Assembly (NCBI GenBank): GCA_025058055.1
Contig: JANXEU010000028.1
Span: forward strand, 23,711 to 87,710
DNA: 64,000 bases
Direction of reading: 5' to 3'
Source of the DNA: Candidatus Calditenuaceae archaeon
GTDB taxonomy: Archaea; Thermoproteota; Nitrososphaeria_A; Caldarchaeales; Calditenuaceae
The notes beneath the pieces are model-generated. The model did no database searches. It was not told the origin of the DNA and worked only from the letters and a program-made list of their open reading frames with translations. Position numbers and translations under genes: made by a program. Positions 33,457-40,951 of the stretch are shown here, piece after piece. Each line of letters starts with the position of its first letter. Position 1 is the stretch's first letter.

Positions 33457-34137
33457 TTGCCGCTCGTGGTCAAGCTCGGAGGACACCTCTTCGCCAAAGA
33501 CTCGCCCGATGTCGACCTGATCAAAGCTTACGCGCGTACGATCAAGGAGTGCCACGATGGGTCCGACCGGTGGGTGGTGGTGATGGGTGGTGGTGAGCCA
33601 GCGAGGAACTACATCAAGGCAGCGCGGTCGCTCGGTGCCGACGAGGTGACCTGCGACGAGATCGCTATTGCCGTGACGAGAATTCACGCGACGCTGATGC
33701 TGCTGGCCCTAGAGGAATTGGCTTATCCCGAGGTCGTGGGGGACGTCGGGTCTCTGAGGAGGGCCCTCGCGGTCAGGAGCATCGCCGTGGCAGGAGGTCT
33801 CTGGCCTGGTCAGTCAACCTTCGCGGTCTCAGCAATCTGCACAGGCGCCATCAAGGCAGAGAGGCTGATCGTCGCAACGGACGTTCAGGGAGTCTACGAC
33901 AGAGATCCGAAGCGCCACCCCGACGCGAAGTTGATACCGCGGATGACCTACGACGAGCTACTCGCTAGGTTGGGATCTGTGTCCCACAGCGCCGGAGAGT
34001 ACAAGCTGATCGACTCTGTGGGCTTGACGGTCCTGAAGAGGTCGAAGGCGAAGCTGCTCTTCGTCGACGGCACGAACCCCGAGAACGTGAAGAGGGCCAT
34101 ACTTCACAGCGAGGCTGGCACTATAGTCGAGGGCTGA
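33457..34137 (+). CDS. pyrH: Uridylate (UMP) kinase, archaeal type
   Basis: 226 aa of the amino-acid-kinase fold: VVKLGGHLF, VVMGGGEPARNYI, IVATDVQGVYDRDP. Confidence 0.85.
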   Translation: MPLVVKLGGHLFAKDSPDVDLIKAYARTIKECHDGSDRWVVVMGGGEPARNYIKAARSLGADEVTCDEIAIAVTRIHATLMLLALEELAYPEVVGDVGSLRRALAVRSIAVAGGLWPGQSTFAVSAICTGAIKAERLIVATDVQGVYDRDPKRHPDAKLIPRMTYDELLARLGSVSHSAGEYKLIDSVGLTVLKRSKAKLLFVDGTNPENVKRAILHSEAGTIVEG

Positions 34138-34139
34138 GG

Positions 34140-35810
34140 TCAGCTCGCCTTCCGGGTGATCATGGCCGCAACGAAGACCGCCGCGTAAACCAAGACCGTC
34201 GCGGCGCCCACGTTCGTGTCGAGGACGTAAGCCAACCCTAAACCACCCAACGCCGAGAGAGCGGGTATGACAGCTGATACCGCGATGTAGGACTTCGGGC
34301 TCCTCGTGAGGAGAAAAGCAGTCGCAGGGGGGATGATGAAGGAGGCCACGGTCGGAATCGCACCGACGGTCATGAAAGCCGTGATCACGGTGCCCGAGAG
34401 CAGAGCCAACAGGCCGTAGTGGAGGAGAGAGGTTCGGAGACCGATGGACTCGGCGTAAACGGGGTCAACACAATAAATCATCAGAGGCCTCCTCACCGAG
34501 AGGACAACTGCGATCGAGATCGCCGAGAGCAGCAGCGACCTGACGAGGAACTCGTCCGATACGGCCAAGACGTCCGCGAAGAGCACGTCCTCTAGGTTGA
34601 GTGTAGCTCCTCCGACCATGGAGAGCATCACGATCGCTAGGGCGAGCATCGAAGTGAAGGTGATCGCGATGGCCACGTCGCCTCTCAGCTTCGTCCTCCG
34701 CTCGATGTAAGAGACCGAAAGGGCCACCAGCAGCCCCGCGATAAGCGCGCCGAGATAGAAGTCAGCGTCGATGACGTAGGCTGCAACAAGCCCCGCGATT
34801 GCCCCGTGAGAAAGCGCGTCACCGAGTATCGCCCAGCCCCGCATCATCGCGAAGCTCCCGACCAGAGACGTAGTCCCAGTCACGGCCACCAGCGCTAGGA
34901 GCCCAATCGCCACCAGCGACAGGAACGAATCGGTACGCGGGCGCCCCGTCGCGGAGCTGAGGGCCTGAGCTACTTGCATGGTGTTCCACCTGATCAGGTC
35001 CTCATAGGTCCGGATTCCCCTCTCTGAATCGAGCCTCTCATAGTACACAATGCCGCCGATCTCGAGCCCAGCTCTGGAGGCCAGGTTCACGATCACCTCT
35101 CTGAGGGTCGTACCCTCCTCCTCCGCCTCCACGAGCATCGGAGCTCTGTGCTTCTCCATCGCGCTGACGACCTCCCTGAGCTTGAACAGCTGCTGCTCGT
35201 AAACCCCGAACCCCTCCGTGAGGACTACAGGCCTGACGCCTCCGAGGTCTTCGAGGAGGTCGTTGAGTGACGGCCTTATCGTGACGACCACAGACCCAGT
35301 ACCGATCGAATGGGACACCTCCTTAACCCATGAGTCCAGCTGTGTGAGCTCGCTTATCGTCAGCCGTCTGTTCAGCTCGACCCTCTCAGATGCGTGAGGA
35401 TAGTGATGCGAGAGGAGGGTAGCTACAGCGTCAACGAGACGCACCGCTCCTTTAGGCGAGATCCAGAAGGCTGTCCTGACCTCGCTGATATTCATGACCT
35501 CGGCGAGATTGTAGGTCGGCGCACCTCTTCTGATTACCGCTGCCAGCTCACCGACCCTCGCCTCTGAACCGTAACCGATGTAGAGGAAGAGATCAGCCTT
35601 GAGGACCCTCTCGACCGTGCTCGGCCTCATCCTGAAAGTCGATGAGCTCGTCTCACCGAGAACGCTCTCCACAAGTACCACTCCCTCACCCACCGCTCTC
35701 ACCAGTTCCGCAAGCACCTCGGTCGTCACTAGAACTACCGGACGGTCTTGGACATCAGAGGCGTTGAAGAAGAGCACAGCTGCGGCCAGCACCACGACGA
35801 GCGTGATCAA
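34140..35810 (-). CDS. Fusion of a TroA/ZnuA-like solute-binding domain (N-terminal) and an ABC-3 (ZnuB/TroCD-like) permease (C-terminal)
   Basis: 556 aa with an N-terminal anchor plus about 280 aa that has SBP-like spacing (VVLVTTEVLAELVRAVGEG, KADLFLYIGYGSE). The C-terminal half has about 8 TM segments and WAILGDALSHGAIAGLV, typical of ABC-3 permeases. Canonical His metal ligands are not evident in the SBP part. Confidence 0.65.
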   Translation of the reverse strand: MITLVVVLAAAVLFFNASDVQDRPVVLVTTEVLAELVRAVGEGVVLVESVLGETSSSTFRMRPSTVERVLKADLFLYIGYGSEARVGELAAVIRRGAPTYNLAEVMNISEVRTAFWISPKGAVRLVDAVATLLSHHYPHASERVELNRRLTISELTQLDSWVKEVSHSIGTGSVVVTIRPSLNDLLEDLGGVRPVVLTEGFGVYEQQLFKLREVVSAMEKHRAPMLVEAEEEGTTLREVIVNLASRAGLEIGGIVYYERLDSERGIRTYEDLIRWNTMQVAQALSSATGRPRTDSFLSLVAIGLLALVAVTGTTSLVGSFAMMRGWAILGDALSHGAIAGLVAAYVIDADFYLGALIAGLLVALSVSYIERRTKLRGDVAIAITFTSMLALAIVMLSMVGGATLNLEDVLFADVLAVSDEFLVRSLLLSAISIAVVLSVRRPLMIYCVDPVYAESIGLRTSLLHYGLLALLSGTVITAFMTVGAIPTVASFIIPPATAFLLTRSPKSYIAVSAVIPALSALGGLGLAYVLDTNVGAATVLVYAAVFVAAMITRKAS

Positions 35811-35813
35811 GAG

Positions 35814-36521
35814 CTACCACTTTCCGTTGTAGGCCTCGAAGAGCAGCCTCCTATCCGTGAGGACGTCAAAGGGCTTCCCGACCATGATCACGCGTCTGTT
35901 CAGTAGCAGGACTCTGTCGAACGGCGTTGGGTCCGGTACGTGATGCTCGGAGAGCAAAACGTGCTTGCCTCTCCGCTTCTCCTCCTCGAGGGCAGAGATC
36001 ACAGCCTCCTCGCTTGGCCTGTCGATCGATTCGAAGGGTTCGTCGAGCAGGTAGACGTCTGGGTCCTGAGCGAGGGCCCTTGCGATGAGAGCCCTAGCGA
36101 GCTGCCCTCCAGAGAGCTCAGAGAGCCTCTTGTTGCGAAGGCCTGCGACACCCACCCGCTCCATCGCGTCCTCAAAAGAGGCCCGGTGACCGCGCACCCG
36201 CGAGACGCCAGCACCCATCTCAACCAAGTCTATCACCCTCAGCGGAGACGACAGGACCAACGCCCTCTGCTGCGGAACGTAGGCCACCCTCCGCCTCACG
36301 GACCTGTCGACCCACGGATCGCTACCAAGCACCTCCACCGAGCCACGGGTCGGCCTTATCAGACCGACAAACGTCTTGAGAAGCGTCGACTTTCCGGCTC
36401 CGTTAGGGCCCATCAGCAGAACCATCTCTCCAGCAGCTCCCGCGAACTCAACGCCCTCCAGCGCCAACTCTCCGTTGTAACCTACGTGAAGGTCTACTGC
36501 CCTCACCAGAACCCCCGACAT
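35814..36521 (-). CDS. ABC transporter ATP-binding protein (ZnuC/TroB-like)
   Basis: Walker A GPNGAGKSTLLK, signature LSGGQLARA, Walker B YLLDEPFESID. It lies directly upstream of the fused SBP-permease gene. Confidence 0.85.
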   Translation of the reverse strand: MSGVLVRAVDLHVGYNGELALEGVEFAGAAGEMVLLMGPNGAGKSTLLKTFVGLIRPTRGSVEVLGSDPWVDRSVRRRVAYVPQQRALVLSSPLRVIDLVEMGAGVSRVRGHRASFEDAMERVGVAGLRNKRLSELSGGQLARALIARALAQDPDVYLLDEPFESIDRPSEEAVISALEEEKRRGKHVLLSEHHVPDPTPFDRVLLLNRRVIMVGKPFDVLTDRRLLFEAYNGKW

Positions 36522-36695
36522 CCCTGAAAGTTAACCGCTGCAAACAATATTAACCTTCCTACACTTCGCTGAATCGTTAAATCCGCAGAAGGTCGACTTA
36601 AGTCGCGGCGATGACCGATCAGGGTTACAGCGAGGGCATGAGCGTAAGGCGTTTGTGAGAGCCGCCTCGCGAGTGGGGCCCTCCTGACAACCTTT

Positions 36696-37418
36696 ATGTC
36701 AGACCCTGTAACGAATAATGACTATAACATGCGTAAGCCCGTGATGCTCGGAACAATAGCTGCGTTGTTGCTACAACTGGCCTTAACGGGTACCTCGTAC
36801 GCTGCAGGACCACCTCCGGGAACTTCCTTCGCCAACGCACCGGCACTTCAGCCTGGATCCTACACCTATGACCTGCAACCCGGCGACCTGCACTTCTTCA
36901 GAGTCGACCTCACGAAGGGTCAGACGCTGTTCGTGGTGGTCAGGGTTCCAACCGACCAGGACTTCGACTTCGTGCTCTTCTCGCCGGAGAGGGATCCGTT
37001 GGAGTCGGGCACCAGACCGATCGGCTTCTACGAGCGGGTCTCTTACAAGGCGGTTAGCTCGGGCCCCCACTACGTCGTAGTCTATCCGTTCGGCCCCTCC
37101 AGAGGAGCGTACACGCTCGAGATCTCGATCCTCGATGAACCGGCTGTCACGGTCACCTCAACAGTCACGGAGTTCAGATACCTCACAGTAACTGTACCAG
37201 GAGCAACAGTCACCATGCAGACGGTCAGTTTCAGGACCTTGATGATCGAACCCAGAGACGTTCGCGCTGAAGCTTGGAGCATGATCGGCATGGGGGTTCT
37301 GGCCGTCGGACTGATCGCGATGGCGATCATCATTCACGACTCACTCACAAAGCTCAGAGATACTGAGGGCGGTAAAGATTGGACCAGACAGGGGACTGAG
37401 GGAGGACAGGGAACATGA
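36696..37418 (+). CDS. Secreted protein with PPC/pre-peptidase-C-terminal-like beta-sandwich and C-terminal TM anchor
   Basis: 240 aa with a signal peptide (VMLGTIAALLLQLALTGTSYA). GSYTYDLQPGDLHFFRVDLTKGQTLFVVV...GPHYVVVYPF...GAYTLEISI resembles PPC domains. A TM lies near the C-terminus. Confidence 0.45.
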   Translation: MSDPVTNNDYNMRKPVMLGTIAALLLQLALTGTSYAAGPPPGTSFANAPALQPGSYTYDLQPGDLHFFRVDLTKGQTLFVVVRVPTDQDFDFVLFSPERDPLESGTRPIGFYERVSYKAVSSGPHYVVVYPFGPSRGAYTLEISILDEPAVTVTSTVTEFRYLTVTVPGATVTMQTVSFRTLMIEPRDVRAEAWSMIGMGVLAVGLIAMAIIIHDSLTKLRDTEGGKDWTRQGTEGGQGT

Positions 37419-38176
37419 CTCGGTCGGTAAGCAGAACCGTCTTCTTGGCGGCTGTGGTAGTCGTCGCGTTCGCGCTGGGGGTCTCGGGGTACTTCCTCGG
37501 ATACAACACCGGCCGCGATGAGGTCCTCGAGGAGTTCAGGCAGCTCAGATCGTTGAACGAGCGGCTCAGCAGCGAGATCGAGTCGCTCAACGCGCAGCTC
37601 TCCAAGTTGAGGCTAGAACGGGACGACCTAATGGTGAGGGTGAACTCGCTACAGACCAACTTGGCCACAATTAGCAACTCAGTATCGGAGCTTCAAAACA
37701 GGTTGAGAGCTGCTGAAGCAGGATCAACCGAGATCAACAAGAGAGTCGAGAGGGCTAGATCCATCATCTCGAGCCTCGAGAAGGCGGTCCCGATCTACAC
37801 TCAGATCTTTGGCAGGGACAACCTCCTTCAGCTCCTCTTCGTCGGAATCACGGACATCAGACAGATTAACGAGACACAGGTGAGGATCTTCCTCACCAAC
37901 TACTGGTCCGGACTGAAGTCGACCGTTGCTGAATACGACCCCCAGCTAACCCCGTCTGTAGACAGGATAATCAACAACATCGGTGGGGTCATCGATTACA
38001 TCAGGTGGCTCCAGCGCCAACCGCCAGCCGGTGCCAGCTTAGAGCAGATACTCAGGTGGTCCTTGGAGTACCCCTCAAGCTTCGACGCCTATCAAGAATC
38101 GGTACTGAGGTTCGTCGACGAGTTCATGCTCTCGGTCTCCTCGAAGATCATCGCGCTGAGAGACACAGGCCTTTGA
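37415..38176 (+). CDS. Membrane-anchored coiled-coil protein, unknown function
   Basis: 253 aa with an ATGA overlap to the upstream gene, an N-terminal TM, and a heptad-rich region (LRSLNERLSSEIESLNAQLSKLRLERDDLMVRVNSLQTNL). Confidence 0.45.
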   Translation: MTRSVSRTVFLAAVVVVAFALGVSGYFLGYNTGRDEVLEEFRQLRSLNERLSSEIESLNAQLSKLRLERDDLMVRVNSLQTNLATISNSVSELQNRLRAAEAGSTEINKRVERARSIISSLEKAVPIYTQIFGRDNLLQLLFVGITDIRQINETQVRIFLTNYWSGLKSTVAEYDPQLTPSVDRIINNIGGVIDYIRWLQRQPPAGASLEQILRWSLEYPSSFDAYQESVLRFVDEFMLSVSSKIIALRDTGL

Positions 38177-38241
38177 GGTCGTAAAGGTCTAAATCAACCC
38201 GGTGCCTTCGATCGATGGTAGCCCGGTCGTCTAGCGGTCAA

Positions 38242-38258
38242 ACTGGCCAGAGGACCAA
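38242..38258 (+). other. tRNA-Gln intron 1 (D-loop, non-canonical)
   Basis: h GGTC (38236-38239) pairs with GACC (38253-38256). 3-nt bulges AAA (38240-38242) and AAG (38257-38259) are spaced 17 nt apart. Removal restores D arm GTCT-AGCGGTCAA-GGAT. Confidence 0.55.
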
Positions 38259-38274
38259 GGATTCCGGGCTTTGG

Positions 38275-38293
38275 ATCCCGTTGGGGAGAGGTG
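38275..38293 (+). other. tRNA-Gln intron 2 (canonical 37/38)
   Basis: Textbook bulge-helix-bulge. Anticodon stem 38264-38268/38295-38299; h 38269-38272 pairs with 38288-38291; bulges GGA (38273-38275) and TGA (38292-38294); inner helix TCCC/GGGA with a 4-nt loop. Confidence 0.75.
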
Positions 38294-38427
38294 ACCCGGA
38301 GACGCCGGTTCGACTCCGGCCCGGGCTAAGACTAAACTCCACTTCTTGTCGGAGACCTTCCGCGTCCCTAGAGGGTTCTCCGCTACGACGCTTGAAATTC
38401 TTTATACCGCCCTCACCGTCCTAAGAA

Positions 38428-39348
38428 GTGTTGAAGGGCTTCGGTGAGGTGATAGCGAAGCTCGAGCGCGAGCGGAAGCCCTACGCGATAGCGACCATCG
38501 TGAGGATCGAGGGCTCCTCCATAGGCAAACCGGGTTTCAAGGTCGTGATCGACGAGAACGGTAACGTACTCTACGGAACGCTCGGAGGCGTCTGCCCTGA
38601 AGGCCCGATAATCTCGATAGCGATGGAGGCCATCAAGCAAGACAGGCCGAGGCTAGTCACCGTCCACCTCGCCGGTCCCGAGGAGTCGATAGCCCAGATG
38701 GCTGCGGGTAGGTCTGCTGAGGACGAGATCTTTGTCGAGACCTTCTGCGGAGGTAAGCTGGAGATCTTTGTAGAGCCGAGGGTGCCGAAAAGGAGGTTGG
38801 TGATCGTGGCGCAGGGAGGAAGGGACGACGTCGAAGAGGCCCTCGTGAGATTCGGAAGAATCCTGGGCTTCGAGACGGTCGTGATAAACCCCGCGCCTGC
38901 CTTGACTGCGGAGCCGGACGTCCTAATAACAGACCTCTCTTTCGACATCGACGACCTCAACTTGGGTGAGAGGGACAACGTCGTGGTTCTCACGAAGGGC
39001 GGAAGAGACCTAGAAGTGCTCGAGAAGCTCTCCAGAAGAAGGGTCGGCTACGCAGGACTGGTCGCCAGCAGGAAACGCGTCACAAGGAACCTAGAGCTGC
39101 TCAGGTCTAGAGGGGTGAGCGAGGAGTTCATCGGGACGCTGAGCGCGCCTGCGGGGATCGATATAGGGGCTTACACCCCGGAGGAGGTGGCGCTCGCGGT
39201 GGTGGCGGAGATAGTCGCTAAGTTACGAGGCGTGAAGGTGAGGAGGAAGGGCGAGGAAGCTGCCCAGGTTTCAGAGCCCGCGGGGGCGGCCGAGAGCGTT
39301 AAGTTGATTGGTGGATCCTGCGAGGCACCAGCTAGGTCAGAGGTCTGA
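38428..39348 (+). CDS. XdhC/CoxI-family molybdenum-cofactor insertion accessory protein
   Basis: 306 aa with an N-terminal XdhC_CoxI pattern (YAIATIVRIEGSSIGKPGFKVVIDENGNVLYGTLGGVCPE) and a Rossmann-like C-terminal domain (RRLVIVAQGG). Confidence 0.8.
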   Translation: MLKGFGEVIAKLERERKPYAIATIVRIEGSSIGKPGFKVVIDENGNVLYGTLGGVCPEGPIISIAMEAIKQDRPRLVTVHLAGPEESIAQMAAGRSAEDEIFVETFCGGKLEIFVEPRVPKRRLVIVAQGGRDDVEEALVRFGRILGFETVVINPAPALTAEPDVLITDLSFDIDDLNLGERDNVVVLTKGGRDLEVLEKLSRRRVGYAGLVASRKRVTRNLELLRSRGVSEEFIGTLSAPAGIDIGAYTPEEVALAVVAEIVAKLRGVKVRRKGEEAAQVSEPAGAAESVKLIGGSCEAPARSEV

Positions 39349-39395
39349 CCCGTGCCTCAAACTTATACGCTGCGGTGAACTCTCTACTGCGGGAC

Positions 39396-39686
39396 GGGCA
39401 ACTGGGCGGGCCTCGGGGAACTCCCGTGGAAGTTCCTCCCTCCCGCGGTGGGCCCGGTGCCGAGAGGCACGAAGGGAGACCTTCGGCAACGCCACAGAAA
39501 CGGAACCCCTCCAGTCGGATGCGGGTTGACGCGGGAAGTACCGCCGACGACGACTGGAGAGCGGATGAAACGGGCGACCCGGGCGGAGAAAGTGGCCGGG
39601 GCCGTGAGCGCCACCGCTGAGCCCCGTGGACACGAGAAGACGGATCCCGCCTAAAACAGAAGGAGGACTACGAGTTGCCCGCCCCA
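39396..39686 (+). ncRNA. rnpB: RNase P RNA (ends approximate, +/- 15 nt)
   Basis: GC-rich non-coding stretch covered only by overlapping two-strand junk ORFs. The P4 5' strand GGAAGTTCCTCC pairs with ACAGAAGGAGGAC near the 3' end (compare GAGGAAAGUCC / ACAGAAC..GGCUUA). Also present: GCCACAGAAAC, GATGAAACGGGCG, and terminal pairing GGGCGGGC+CTCG (39404-39415) with CGAG..GCCCGCCC (39671-39684). TATA-like cttatacg lies about 30 nt upstream. Confidence 0.7.
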
Positions 39687-39706
39687 CTAGGACTCGTTAA
39701 CACGGC

Positions 39707-40951
39707 CTACTGTCTCCTTCCCCTTCCGAGACGCTCGTGGGCCTTCGCTAGATGATGTGCCGAGAGTGCCGACACTAGGGAGAGCTCACCGGCCATGGCC
39801 GCTGCTGTCAGAACCTCAGCGAACTTCTTTGCGTTCGTTCCAGGAGGGTCGCCGGGCCCTGCTACACCCATTATGGAGAGGGCCGCGCGCTGAGCAGGCA
39901 ACCATGTACCTCCTCCAACGGTCCCGACCTCGAGGCTCGGAACTGTGAGGCTGAAGTAGAGGTCCCCACCGGAGGTGACGTCTGCATAGGTTATCGACAT
40001 ACTCGACTCAACCACCTGCGCTAGGTCTTGACCTGTCGCGAGGAAGACCGCAGCTATCACGTTGGCTACGTGGGCGTTGAAACCTCCGAGCACTCCGGCC
40101 AGCGCAGAACCGAGGTACAGTTTCGCAGCCACGACTTTCATCACGGCCTCCGGTGTGGTCTTCAGAACCGACTCAACGACCTCCCGCTTGATCACGGCCT
40201 CTGCGGAGACGGTTTTGCCGCGTCCCGCTATCCAGTTGACGGCCGCAGGTTTCTTATCGGTGCAGAGGTTGCCGCTGAGGGAGACGTGCCTCACCCACTC
40301 TAGCCTAGAGACTATCTCCTCGACCACTCGCTCCGCGGCCCTTGTGACCATGTTCATGCCCATCGCGTCACCGGTTGTGGCCTCCAGTCTGAGGAAGACG
40401 TACTTGCCTGCGACGAACGGCCTGATCGCCCTAAGGTCGCCGTGAGCGGTAGCAGACCTGAAAGACTCACGTAGGAGCGTGAAGTTCTCATCTATCCACT
40501 TGACGAGCCTGAGGCTCCACTCTATGCCCGGTGTCTCTAGCGAAGGTGCTCTGGTCATTTTGTCGTCAAGCAGCTTCACCTTCACGGCCCCCGAAGCCCT
40601 TATGGCCGACGAACCTCTGTTCACGGTCGCGACGAGAGCGCCCTCTGTCGTTGCAAGGGGCACGTAGGTGTTTCCCTTGAAGTACTCGCCCTCAACAGGC
40701 AGAGGCCCTGCGATTCCCACAGGGATCGTCACGCTGCCGATGGTGTTCTCACAGTTACGCCCCACGATCTTCTCGAACGGTAGATCGGCTCCGAGTGGGG
40801 AGAGATCAACTCCTAGTTGGTGCTCGAGGTACTCCCTCCTGAGGATCGTGGCCTCCCTCGCACCCACGAGATCGTCCAGCACGTGGAGCTTCACCTTCCC
40901 GTTCAGAAGGTCCTCCAGCGTTACAGCCCTGACTTCCTCCACAGCGATCAC
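39707..40951 (-). CDS. hmgA: 3-hydroxy-3-methylglutaryl-CoA reductase (class I, archaeal)
   Basis: PLATTEGALVATVNRG, GDAMGMNMV and EVGTVGGG motifs. The track ORF is trimmed to the GTG at 40951, which overlaps the serS stop (GTGA), giving 414 aa. Confidence 0.9.
   Translation of the reverse strand: MIAVEEVRAVTLEDLLNGKVKLHVLDDLVGAREATILRREYLEHQLGVDLSPLGADLPFEKIVGRNCENTIGSVTIPVGIAGPLPVEGEYFKGNTYVPLATTEGALVATVNRGSSAIRASGAVKVKLLDDKMTRAPSLETPGIEWSLRLVKWIDENFTLLRESFRSATAHGDLRAIRPFVAGKYVFLRLEATTGDAMGMNMVTRAAERVVEEIVSRLEWVRHVSLSGNLCTDKKPAAVNWIAGRGKTVSAEAVIKREVVESVLKTTPEAVMKVVAAKLYLGSALAGVLGGFNAHVANVIAAVFLATGQDLAQVVESSMSITYADVTSGGDLYFSLTVPSLEVGTVGGGTWLPAQRAALSIMGVAGPGDPPGTNAKKFAEVLTAAAMAGELSLVSALSAHHLAKAHERLGRGRRQ

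Larger units (their letters stand above)
38220..38328 (+). tRNA. tRNA-Gln (anticodon UUG) with two introns
   Basis: Acceptor AGCCCGG/CCGGGCT, T arm GCCGG-TTCGACT-CCGGC, anticodon arm CCGGG-CTTTGG[intron]A-CCCGG. It is 109 nt against 73 mature. The 36 extra nt are explained exactly by a 17-nt D-loop intron plus a 19-nt canonical 37/38 intron. Confidence 0.85.

Noticed and set aside
36610-36690. Candidate C/D-box sRNA (CGATGAC ... CCTGAC)
   Set aside because: The C box is imperfect, no D'/C' pair is present, and the ~75-nt spacing is too long.
38215-38424. 69-aa plus-strand ORF
   Set aside because: It is entirely explained by tRNA-Gln and its downstream promoter region.
39308-39687. Six overlapping ORFs on both strands
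   Set aside because: They coincide with the RNase P RNA candidate. The mutually overlapping frames and Arg/Gly/Pro-rich translations indicate structured RNA, not protein.
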